Assembly: GCA_964418695.1 (NCBI GenBank)
Contig: CAYQMN010000013.1
Coordinates: forward strand, 48 to 64,047
Reading direction: 5' to 3'
Length of the DNA stretch: 64,000 bases
DNA from: an uncultured Bifidobacteriaceae bacterium
GTDB lineage: Bacteria > Actinomycetota > Actinomycetes > S36-B12 > CAIYMF01
How positions within the stretch are numbered: position 1 is the stretch's first letter; the number at the start of each line of letters is the position of its first letter. The notes below the pieces were generated by a model, which was given only the letters and a program-made list of their open reading frames with translations, did no database searches and was not told the origin of the DNA. Shown piece after piece: positions 32,988 through 41,597 of the stretch. The translations under genes and the position numbers were made by a program.

Positions 32988-33749
32988 TCAGATGCGCGGG
33001 CTGCCGGCCAGCGGGGCGCTTGCCGGAGAGGCTGGCGCCGAGCCTGCGCGCACGATGACCAAGTCGGCGAGCGCGTGCGTGTCGGCCAGCGTGCCCGGGG
33101 CGACGGCGAGGTCGTGGCGCTGCGCGGCGGCGACCATCCGGTCGCGCAGGATCCCGTCCGCGATCATCAGGGTGACCACGACGATCGAGGAGCAGCCGTC
33201 GGCACAGCGCATCAGGGTCGCGATCCGGCCGATCGGGCGACCGCCGTCGAGGTAGGCGGCGCGCACGCGACGCGCACCCAGGGACGAGGCGAGGATCGGA
33301 CCGTGCTCGCGGACCAGGGTCTCGATCGCTCCTACGGCACGCAGGTTGCGCGATCCGGTCGCGGTCAGCACGATCCCGGTCCGGTCGCCGATCGGCAGCC
33401 CGCTGGCCTCGACCAGCTCCCTGGCGCCGTCGAAGACCAGCCGGTGCAGGCCGACGGGATCGGCCTGGGAGACGCCCAGGCCGGGGGCGGCCGCCCGCAT
33501 CGCCCGGACCGCGATCGGGACGTCGACGCGCGCGTGGTGGGCGGGGGTCAGCAGGAGCGGGACGACCGTGGTGGTCCGCACTCCGGAGGCCAGCAGAGCG
33601 CGGGCCGTGCCCTCGGGGGTGGGGTCGTGGTGGTCAAGGTAGGCGGGCTGAGCCGGGATGCCGGCCAGGCGCAGGCGAGCGGTCAGCTGCCCGACGTCGC
33701 GGCTGTGCCGGGAGTCCGGCGAGCCGTGAGCCAGCAGTGTGATGCTCAT
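32988..33749 (-). CDS. cbiX: Sirohydrochlorin chelatase (CbiX/SirB-type)
   Basis: ATG 33749 opens MSITLLAHGSPDSRH... The two-repeat CbiX layout is present, and the gene sits adjacent to the siroheme/sulfite reductase genes. Confidence 0.75.
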   Translation of the reverse strand: MSITLLAHGSPDSRHSRDVGQLTARLRLAGIPAQPAYLDHHDPTPEGTARALLASGVRTTTVVPLLLTPAHHARVDVPIAVRAMRAAAPGLGVSQADPVGLHRLVFDGARELVEASGLPIGDRTGIVLTATGSRNLRAVGAIETLVREHGPILASSLGARRVRAAYLDGGRPIGRIATLMRCADGCSSIVVVTLMIADGILRDRMVAAAQRHDLAVAPGTLADTHALADLVIVRAGSAPASPASAPLAGSPRI

Positions 33750-34009
33750 CACGCCATGCTCTCCCGAAGACCCCCCCAGCACCTAACGGCGCGCCGCGCG
33801 ACGCACGGTTTCGGCCGAGGCGGACTTGGCCTCGCGCCGGTCGAGCTTCGAGACCTCTCCCGGGGCGGCTTGACGGCTGGGTGACCGGGGGTGGTGTGGG
33901 GCGTCCTGGGGGTGAGCTCGACCGGCGGGGGGTCAGGTGGTCTGCGGGAGGGACTCGGCTGGTGGGTGATCGCTTCGTCTCCAGCAAGGATCGCCCCGCA
34001 TGGCCTGGG

Positions 34010-35290
34010 TCAGGCCAGGGCTTCTCGTAGGGCGACTACCTCGCCGATCACCGTGACCGCGGGGCTGGGCAGGTCGGCGTGGGCGACCCGCTGGGCGATG
34101 TCGGCCAGGGTGGCGGTGACCGTGCGCTGCTCGGGGGTCCAGCCGCGGCTGACGACCGCGACCGGCGTGCTCGGGGCGCGCCCGGCGGCGATCAGCTCGG
34201 CGCAGACCCGGTCCAGCGTGGACAGCCCCATGAGCAGCACGAGTGTGGCGTCGCGCGGGGCCTGGCGGGCAGCCTCGAGGGCGTCACCGGCCCCGGCGTG
34301 GCCGGAGGCGACGACGAACGAGGTGGTGATCCCGCGGTGGGTGAGGGGGATGCCGGCCGCCGCCGGAACGCTGACCGCCGAGGTCACCCCGGGCACCACC
34401 TCGACCGGCACGCCGTGCCCCAGGCAGTGCAGCGCCTCCTCGGCCCCGCGGCCGAGCACGTACGGGTCCCCACCCTTGAGCCGCACGACCGTGTGCCCGC
34501 GCTCGGCCTGCTCGACCAGGATCCGGTTGATCTCGTCCTGCGGGATCGGGTGGATGCCCGCGGTCTTGCCCACGTCGATGATCTCGACGCTCGGGTCGAG
34601 CTCGGCGAGCACGCCCGTCGGGCCGAGCCGGTCGGTGACCACCACGTCGGCGCGCGCCAGCCACTGCCGGCCGAGCACGGTGAGCAGGCCGGGGTCGCCC
34701 GGGCCGCCGCCGACCAGCACCACTCGGCCCGGTCCGACGGACTCGCGCGTCCGCCGAAGCGGCAGCCGGCCCGACGCCAGGGCCTCGTCGATCACGGTCC
34801 GGATCGCGGCGGCCCGGCCCGGGTCCGCCCCGCCGGAGACCGCCACCGCGACCCCGTCCGGGCCTCGGCTGACCGCCGGGGTGTGCGCCGCGGACTCCTG
34901 AGCCCGGTCGGCGCGCACCGCCCAGATGCCCAGCTCGTCGGCCTTCTGCGCGACCGCCGCATCGGTGCCGGGGTCGCCGGTCGCGGTCTGCACGAGCCAC
35001 CAGCGCCCGCCGTCCGGGGAACCGGCCGCCACGTCGGCGGCACCGCCCTCGCGGGCCGCCCACGTCACCCGGCCGGCCTCGACCAGCTCGGCAAGGTCCT
35101 CGCATACCGCCGGGGCGACGACGTGCACCCGGGCGCCGGCGGCCAGCAGGCCGGCCGTGCGCCGAGCCGCGACCGGGCCGCCACCCATCACCAGGACCGC
35201 CCGGTTCGTCAGGTCCAGGAACAGCGGATACCGCGGGGGCCCGACGGCGCCCGCCACGGGACCCGCGGGGCGACCGGTGCTCTGGCTCAT
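34010..35290 (-). CDS. cysG: Siroheme synthase-like bifunctional protein (precorrin-2 dehydrogenase domain + uroporphyrinogen-III C-methyltransferase)
   Basis: The N-terminal NAD motif is VLVMGGGPVAARR. The methyltransferase motifs are VVLVGGGPGDPGLLT and RLKGGDPYVLGRG. ATG 35290 overlaps the cysN stop (ATGA). Confidence 0.85.
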   Translation of the reverse strand: MSQSTGRPAGPVAGAVGPPRYPLFLDLTNRAVLVMGGGPVAARRTAGLLAAGARVHVVAPAVCEDLAELVEAGRVTWAAREGGAADVAAGSPDGGRWWLVQTATGDPGTDAAVAQKADELGIWAVRADRAQESAAHTPAVSRGPDGVAVAVSGGADPGRAAAIRTVIDEALASGRLPLRRTRESVGPGRVVLVGGGPGDPGLLTVLGRQWLARADVVVTDRLGPTGVLAELDPSVEIIDVGKTAGIHPIPQDEINRILVEQAERGHTVVRLKGGDPYVLGRGAEEALHCLGHGVPVEVVPGVTSAVSVPAAAGIPLTHRGITTSFVVASGHAGAGDALEAARQAPRDATLVLLMGLSTLDRVCAELIAAGRAPSTPVAVVSRGWTPEQRTVTATLADIAQRVAHADLPSPAVTVIGEVVALREALA

Positions 35291-36543
35291 GCCGCGGCTC
35301 GGGCCAGGCCGGCCGCCACCGTCGCGCCGGTCTGGTCGTCGATCAGCAGGAACGAGCCCGTCGAGCGCACCTGCTCGTACTCGTCCAGTGCGACGACGTC
35401 GGCCAGCCGCAGCCGGACGTGCCCTATGTCGTTGAGGCCCAGCCGGTCCACTGACGGGTCCAGCTCGAGGGTGTCGACGTCCAGCCGGGACTCGACGGTG
35501 TCGACCAGCGCGCGGACCGTGCGGGTGCCGGCCTTGAGCAGCAGCCGCTGTCCGGCCCGCAGGTGCGCCTCGTCGACCACCGTGACCGTCGCCGCGACCT
35601 GCCGCGAGGCCACCGGCGCCGCGGCCACCCCGGCGATCAGGTCTCCCCGGGCGATGTCCAGGTCGTCGGCCAGCCGCAGGGTCACCGACTGCCCGGCCTG
35701 GGCCCAGGCCAGCGGCCCGTCGTAGGTGTCGATGCCGACCACCCGCGACGTCTGGGCGCCCGGCGCCACCACGATCTCGTCGCCGACCTGCACGATCCCG
35801 GCCGCGACCCGGCCCGCGTACCCGCGGTAGTCCGGGTGCTCGCGGTCCTGCGGGCGGATCACGTACTGCACGGGGAAGCGCAGCGGCTGCTCGCCCGGGT
35901 CGCTGCCGACGGGCACCGATTCGAGATGCTCCAGCAGCGTCGGGCCCAGGTACCACGGGATCCGCGCCGAGCGGGTCACGACGTTGTCGCCGTCCAGCGC
36001 GCTGATCGGAATGGCCACCACGTCGGTGATCCCGTGGGCGCGGGCGTACGCGGTGAACTCGTGGAGGATCTGCCGGAACGGGCACTCGTCGAACCCGACG
36101 AGGTCCATCTTGTTGACCACCAGCGCGACGTGCCGCACGCCCAGCAGCGCGCTGACCGCGACGTGCCGGCGGGTCTGCTCGACCACCCCGTTGCGCGCGT
36201 CGACCAGGATCAGCGCCAGCTCGGCGGTCGAGGCGCCGGTCACCATGTTCCGCGTGTACTGGACGTGCCCGGGGGTGTCGGCCAGGATGAACGACCGCGT
36301 GGGCGTGGCGAAGTAGCGGTACGCGACGTCGATCGTGATGCCCTGCTCGCGCTCGGCGCGCAGGCCGTCGGTGAGCAGCGCGAGGTCGGGGCCGGTCAGC
36401 CCGCGGTCGCGGCTGACCCGCTCGATGGAGTCCAGGGTGTCGGCGAGGATCGACTTGGTGTCGTAGAGCAGCCGGCCCACGAGGGTGGACTTGCCGTCGT
36501 CGACTGATCCGGCCGTGGCCAGGCGCAGCAGCTGGCGAGCCAT
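35287..36543 (-). CDS. cysN: Sulfate adenylyltransferase subunit 1 (GTPase), without fused APS kinase
   Basis: The G-motifs are GSVDDGKSTL, DTPGH and NKMD. ATG 36543 overlaps the cysD stop by 1 nt (TGATG). Confidence 0.9.
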   Translation of the reverse strand: MARQLLRLATAGSVDDGKSTLVGRLLYDTKSILADTLDSIERVSRDRGLTGPDLALLTDGLRAEREQGITIDVAYRYFATPTRSFILADTPGHVQYTRNMVTGASTAELALILVDARNGVVEQTRRHVAVSALLGVRHVALVVNKMDLVGFDECPFRQILHEFTAYARAHGITDVVAIPISALDGDNVVTRSARIPWYLGPTLLEHLESVPVGSDPGEQPLRFPVQYVIRPQDREHPDYRGYAGRVAAGIVQVGDEIVVAPGAQTSRVVGIDTYDGPLAWAQAGQSVTLRLADDLDIARGDLIAGVAAAPVASRQVAATVTVVDEAHLRAGQRLLLKAGTRTVRALVDTVESRLDVDTLELDPSVDRLGLNDIGHVRLRLADVVALDEYEQVRSTGSFLLIDDQTGATVAAGLARAAA

Positions 36544-37466
36544 CAGAAGTACCCCTCTCGCTTGCGGTCCTCCATGGCGGCCTCGGACATCCGGTCGTCC
36601 GCGCGGGTCGCGCCGCGCTCGGAGACCCGGCTGGCCGACACCTCGTCGATCACCTCGGCGACCGTGCGCGCGGCCGACTCGACCGCGCCGGTGCAGGACA
36701 TGTCGCCCACGGTCCGGTAGCGGACCAGCCGACGCTCGACACGCTCCTCGGACGCCGGGCCGCCCCAGTCGCCGGGCGCGAGCCACATCCCGTTGCGGGC
36801 GAACACCTCGCGCTCGTGGGCGAAGTAGATGCTCGGCAGCTCCATGCCCTCGCGCTCGATGTAGCGCCAGATGTCGGCCTCGGTCCAGTTCGACAGGGGG
36901 AACACCCGCAGGTGCTCGCCGGGGGAGTGCCGGCCGTTGTACAGGTCCCACAGCTCGGGGCGCTGCCGCCGCGGGTCCCACTGGCCGAAGGCGTCGCGCA
37001 GGCTGAAGATCCGCTCCTTCGCGCGGGCCTTCTCCTCGTCGCGCCGGCCGCCGCCGAACACCGCGTCGAAGCGGTGCTCGGTGATGGTGTCCAGCAGTGG
37101 AACGGTCTGCAGCGGGTTGCGCGTGCCGTCCGGGCGCTCGCGCAGCACTCCGCGGTCGATCCAGTCCTGGACGTGGGCGACGACCAGCCGGGTCCCGGTC
37201 CGCTCGACGGTCGCGTCGCGGTAGGCCAGCACCTCGGGGAAGTTGTGCCCGGTGTCCACGTGCAGCAGCGGGAACGGCACCCGCGCCGGGTGGAACGCCT
37301 TGACCGCCAGGTGCAGCATCACCACGGAGTCCTTGCCGCCGCTGAAGAGCAGCGCCGGGCGCTCCAGCTCTCCGGCGACCTCGCGCATGATGTGGATCGC
37401 CTCGGACTCCAGCGTGGAGAGCTGATCCAGCTGCAGGCTCGCGTGCGTCGTCGTGGGGGCGCTCAT
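36543..37466 (-). CDS. cysD: Sulfate adenylyltransferase subunit 2
   Basis: Carries the PP-loop LLFSGGKDS and ..VFPLSNWTEADIWRYI... ATG 37466 overlaps the cysH stop (ATGA). Confidence 0.9.
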   Translation of the reverse strand: MSAPTTTHASLQLDQLSTLESEAIHIMREVAGELERPALLFSGGKDSVVMLHLAVKAFHPARVPFPLLHVDTGHNFPEVLAYRDATVERTGTRLVVAHVQDWIDRGVLRERPDGTRNPLQTVPLLDTITEHRFDAVFGGGRRDEEKARAKERIFSLRDAFGQWDPRRQRPELWDLYNGRHSPGEHLRVFPLSNWTEADIWRYIEREGMELPSIYFAHEREVFARNGMWLAPGDWGGPASEERVERRLVRYRTVGDMSCTGAVESAARTVAEVIDEVSASRVSERGATRADDRMSEAAMEDRKREGYF

Positions 37467-38179
37467 GTGTGCAGCCCGCACTCGGTCTTGGCGTTGCCCG
37501 CCCAGCGGCCGGCCCGCGGGTCCTCGCCGGGCAGCGTCGCCCGGGTGCACGGGAAGCAGCCGATCGAGGTGTACCCCTCCTGGCGCAGCGGGTTGAGCAT
37601 CACGGAGTTGACCTCGGCGTAGACGTCGACGTCCTCGTCGGTCCAGGCGGCCAGCGGGTTGATCTTTACCTTGGACCGCTTGGCGTCCCAGGTGATCACG
37701 TCGATGTCGGTGCGCGTGGGCGAGTCCACCCGGCGCATCCCGGTGACCCACGCGGCGAACGGCGCGAGCCCCCGCTCCAGCGGCTCGACCTTGCGCAGCG
37801 CGCAGCAGCGGTTCGGGTCGCGGGCGAACAGGTCCTTGCCCTCGGTCGCGTCCTGCTCGGCGACCGTCTGCAGCGGGCGGACCGTCAGCAGGGTGATCGG
37901 CCGGGTCGCGGCGTACGCGTCGGCGGTGCCGATCGTCTCGGCGAAGTGGTAGCCGGTGTCGATGAACAGCGTGCGGATCTCCGGCACGACCTCGCTGGCC
38001 AGGTGGACCAGGACCTCGTCGCCCATGCTCGACGCCAGCACCAGCTGCTCCCCGAAGTGGTCGTGCGCCCAGGCCAGGGCCATTCGGGCCTGGTCGATCG
38101 GGTCGTCGAACCGCTCGATGAAGCGGGCGCCCTCCGCGGCGATCTTGGGGGTCGCCTCGGCGATGCTGGTGATGCTCAT
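37463..38179 (-). CDS. cysH: Adenosine/phosphoadenosine 5'-phosphosulfate reductase (Fe-S type, APS reductase-like)
   Basis: The Cys pairs NRCCALRKV and GCFPCT are typical of the 4Fe-4S APS reductase subclass, and the C-terminus has ECGLH. Confidence 0.9.
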   Translation of the reverse strand: MSITSIAEATPKIAAEGARFIERFDDPIDQARMALAWAHDHFGEQLVLASSMGDEVLVHLASEVVPEIRTLFIDTGYHFAETIGTADAYAATRPITLLTVRPLQTVAEQDATEGKDLFARDPNRCCALRKVEPLERGLAPFAAWVTGMRRVDSPTRTDIDVITWDAKRSKVKINPLAAWTDEDVDVYAEVNSVMLNPLRQEGYTSIGCFPCTRATLPGEDPRAGRWAGNAKTECGLHT

Positions 38180-38430
38180 CGTGCACCTCCCTGGTGGAAC
38201 GGAATCGGGTCGGAGGCCGGCAGAGCAGCCAGGCCCAGGAAGCGGACGGAGAAGAGGCGCAGGCAGCTGCGGCAGTGCCAGGCGCCGTGCGCGGACTCGT
38301 GCGGGCGCAGGTCCTCCTCGGCGCAGAACGGGCAGTGGTAGGGCACCGCGCGCTCGCCGGAGGTGGCCTCGGGGCCGGTGGTCGCGGGGGTGCCGGCAGT
38401 GGGGGAGCCGGGCGCCAGGGCGCCGCTCAT
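38176..38430 (-). CDS. Small Zn-ribbon-like protein embedded in the sulfate assimilation operon
   Basis: The 84-aa product carries CPFC..(17)..CRSC. Its ATG overlaps the sirA stop (ATGA at 38427-38430) and its stop overlaps the cysH ATG (ATGA at 38176-38179). Confidence 0.6.
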   Translation of the reverse strand: MSGALAPGSPTAGTPATTGPEATSGERAVPYHCPFCAEEDLRPHESAHGAWHCRSCLRLFSVRFLGLAALPASDPIPFHQGGAR

Positions 38431-40220
38431 CGCAGCGCCTCCTCGTCGGCCCGCACGACCCAGTCGGCGAACTGCTCGCCGGACTCGCGCTGCTCCAGGA
38501 AGTGCCCGGTGACCCGGTCGACGAAGTCGGGCAGGTCCTCGGCGGTCACCTTCAGCGCGCGCAGCTTGCGCCCGAACCCGGCGTTGTGCCCGAGCGCGCC
38601 GCCGAGGTGGATCTGGAAGCCCTCCACCGGGGTGCCCTGCGCATCCGGGACGAGCATCCCCTTCAGCCCGATGTCGGCCACCTGGAACCGGGCGCACGAG
38701 TTCGGGCAGCCGTTGACGTGCACGGCCAGCGGGACGTCGAGCTCGGGGCGGCGCTTCTCGATCTGCTCGATGAGCACACGCGCGGTGTCCTTGGTGTTGA
38801 CGATCGCGAGCTTGCAGTACTCGATGCCCGTGCAGGCCAGGGTCGAGCGGCGCACCTGGCTGGGCCGGACGTGCAGGCCCAATGCGGCCAGATCGTCGAC
38901 CAGCGGCCCGACCCGGCCGGGGTCCACGTCGAGGATGACCAGCTTCTGGTGCGCGGTCAGGCGCAGCCGGCCCTGCCCGTAGTCGTCGGCGAGATCGGCC
39001 AGCGCGTTGAGCGTCGGCCCGTCGATCCGCCCGACCGTGGTGGCCGCCCCCACGTAGACCAGGCCGTCGCGCTGGGGATGCACGCCGACATGGTCGCGCT
39101 CGCCGGCCGGGATCGGGTCCGGCGCCGGGCCGTCGATCAGGGGCCGGTGCAGGTACTCGGTCTCGAGCACCTCGCGGAACCTCTCCGGACCCCAGTCGGC
39201 CATCAGGAACTTCAGCCGCGCCCGGTTGCGCAGCCGGCGGTAGCCGTAGTCGCGGAAGATTCCCACGACCCCGGCCCACACGTCGGGAACCTCGGCCAAC
39301 GGCACCCAGGCACCCAGCCGGCGGGCCAGGATCGGGTTGGTCGACAGCCCGCCACCGACCCACAGGTCGAACCCCGGGCCGTGCTCGGGGTGCACGACGC
39401 CGACGAAGCTCACGTCGTTGATCTCGTGGGCGACGTCGTGGCGCGGGGAGCCCGAGACGGCGGTCTTGAACTTGCGCGGCAGGTTCGAGAACTGCGGGCT
39501 GCCGATGTAGAGCCGCTTGATCTCCTCCAGCGCGGGGGTGCCGTCGATGATCTCGTCGGCGGCGACCCCGGCGACCGGCGAGCCGAGCATCGTGCGCGGG
39601 GTGTCGCCGCACGCCTCCGTGGAGCTCAGCCCGACCGCCTCCAGGCGGGCCCAGATCTCCGGGACGTCCTCGACGCGGATCCAGTGCAGCTGGATGTTCT
39701 GCCGGTCGGTGATGTCGGCGGTGCCGCGGGCGAAGTCGACCGAGACCCCGCCGATGGCGCGGGCCTGCGCGCTGGACAGCTGCCCGCCGTCGGAGCGCAC
39801 CCGCAGCATGAAGTACTCGTCGTCGAGCTCCTCGGGGGGCAGGGATGCGGTCCGGCCGCCGTCGATGCCGGGGCGGCGCTGCGTGTAGAGGCCCCACCAG
39901 CGCATCCGGCCGCGCAGGTCGTCGGCCGGGATGCTGGCGAACCCCTCCTTGGCGTAGATCGTCTCGATGCGCTCGCGCACGTTCAGGCCGTCGTCGGCGG
40001 CCTTGAGCACCTCGTTGCCGTTCAGGGGGGTGGTGCCACCCAGCGCCCACTGGCCTTCGTCGCGCGGGGCGCGGGCCGCGCGGGCCGAGGCCGGGCGCGG
40101 CGCCCGCGGCTCACGGGCAGGCGCCGTGCCAGGAGTGCCGCCCTCGCCGGGCGGCGCCGGGCGGGCTGCTCGGCCCTCGCGCGCCGGCGCCGGCCGGGGC
40201 GTCAGGGTGGGGTCGGTCAT
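38427..40220 (-). CDS. sirA: Ferredoxin-dependent sulfite reductase (NirA/SirA type, siroheme-4Fe-4S)
   Basis: The cluster and siroheme motifs are TACTGIEYCKLA and NGCPNSCAR. The protein shows the duplicated NIR_SIR layout. Confidence 0.9.
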   Translation of the reverse strand: MTDPTLTPRPAPAREGRAARPAPPGEGGTPGTAPAREPRAPRPASARAARAPRDEGQWALGGTTPLNGNEVLKAADDGLNVRERIETIYAKEGFASIPADDLRGRMRWWGLYTQRRPGIDGGRTASLPPEELDDEYFMLRVRSDGGQLSSAQARAIGGVSVDFARGTADITDRQNIQLHWIRVEDVPEIWARLEAVGLSSTEACGDTPRTMLGSPVAGVAADEIIDGTPALEEIKRLYIGSPQFSNLPRKFKTAVSGSPRHDVAHEINDVSFVGVVHPEHGPGFDLWVGGGLSTNPILARRLGAWVPLAEVPDVWAGVVGIFRDYGYRRLRNRARLKFLMADWGPERFREVLETEYLHRPLIDGPAPDPIPAGERDHVGVHPQRDGLVYVGAATTVGRIDGPTLNALADLADDYGQGRLRLTAHQKLVILDVDPGRVGPLVDDLAALGLHVRPSQVRRSTLACTGIEYCKLAIVNTKDTARVLIEQIEKRRPELDVPLAVHVNGCPNSCARFQVADIGLKGMLVPDAQGTPVEGFQIHLGGALGHNAGFGRKLRALKVTAEDLPDFVDRVTGHFLEQRESGEQFADWVVRADEEALR

Positions 40221-40640
40221 CGTCGTGCTCCGGATCTTCTCGGAGGACGCGTGCGCTCAGATCGTGGTGGGCAGCCCGCTTCGGCCGCCGGCCCGATCGA
40301 CCACAGGCGCCCCAGGGGGGACGGGTGGGATCAGGCGTGACACATGCAGGACTGCATTCGGCACAGGTCGACGTGACGGCGCGCTACCAGCACGCGAGTC
40401 ACGAGCGTGGCCGACGACATGCCCGGAAGGGTGCCGGAAGCGGCAGCCCGTGTCCACCTGTGTCCATATGCTGAGACGGCCGTCCACGCCCCGTGGGGGA
40501 CATCGGGCCCGCGGGGAACCGGCGGCGCGACTGGGGTTCGCCGCCAGATCGGCACGAATCGATCACGGGCCTGCGCGGACCCATCATTGGCGATGCATTG
40601 CCGCTGGTCTTGTCGGTGCGTGCGCGCGGGCGCGGCCTGC

Positions 40641-41561
40641 ATGATCGCTACCCTGTCCACCATGCCCCGGCGGATCAACTTCGTGCTCGACCACTCCGAG
40701 GCATACGAGGCCGTGGAGTCCCAGCTGATGGACCTCATCGAGGCCCATCTGCCCGGCCCCCCGCCGGCTCGCGGCGACTACGTCCCGGGCGATCTGAACT
40801 TCTGCCTGTTCATCCGGCCCAAGTCCGACGTCGTGATGAGCCACGGTGTGGCCGACAAGAACTACTACTGGTCACCCGACGGTCAAGGCGAGCGCATCGT
40901 CAACCAGCGCGAGGCCCTGCTGGTGCCCGGGGAGTGGCTCAAGCGACGACTCGTGGGCTCGCGGATCATCACCATGCCGCCCGAGCAGATCCACGTCGTC
41001 GGCTGGCCGCGGCTGGACCTGCTGATCCCGCAGGTGCCGCCGCCCCGGCGGCGCGACAGCAAGCCGCGGGTGCTCTGGGCGCCCACCCACAACCGGCGCA
41101 AGCGCGGCGAGACCGCCCGCTCGACCTCCAGCTTCCCGGAGTTCGAGAAGTACCTGCGCACGCTGTCCCGGTTCGCCTGGATCGACGTCTCGGTGCACCC
41201 GCGCAACCGCGCCGACCGGCGGCCCACCGGCGCCTCGATGCCGCGCTCGGACGTCGTCATCGCCGACTTCGGGACCACCGTCTACGAGGCGTGGGCGCTG
41301 GGCAAGCCGGTCATCTTCCCGCGCTGGCTGCTGGCCGACCGGATCACCGAGTACATGAAGTCCAGTGCGGAGTCGCACATCTTCGGCAACCGGATCGGGT
41401 ACCACCCCGACTCGTTCGACGAGCTGATCGACATCCTGCGCGCCGGGCCGGTCATCACCGACGACGTGCGCGAGTTCATGGACGACTACCTGGCGCCGGA
41501 GTACTTCGGCACGTCCAGCGCCCGAGCGGCCGAGGTCCTCCAGGAGCTCGCGGCTCGCTGA
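40641..41561 (+). CDS. Hypothetical protein, weakly TagF-like (CDP-glycerol glycerophosphotransferase-type C-terminal fold?)
   Basis: The motifs LWAPTH, VSVHPRN and SDVVIADFGTTVYEAWALGKPVIF recall the TagF/GT-B C-terminal half. The start could be ATG 40641 or ATG 40662, and neither has a clear SD. Confidence 0.5.
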   Translation: MIATLSTMPRRINFVLDHSEAYEAVESQLMDLIEAHLPGPPPARGDYVPGDLNFCLFIRPKSDVVMSHGVADKNYYWSPDGQGERIVNQREALLVPGEWLKRRLVGSRIITMPPEQIHVVGWPRLDLLIPQVPPPRRRDSKPRVLWAPTHNRRKRGETARSTSSFPEFEKYLRTLSRFAWIDVSVHPRNRADRRPTGASMPRSDVVIADFGTTVYEAWALGKPVIFPRWLLADRITEYMKSSAESHIFGNRIGYHPDSFDELIDILRAGPVITDDVREFMDDYLAPEYFGTSSARAAEVLQELAAR

Positions 41562-41597
41562 GACGAGTTCGACCGGGCCCGACCGTCCGGCCGGCGG

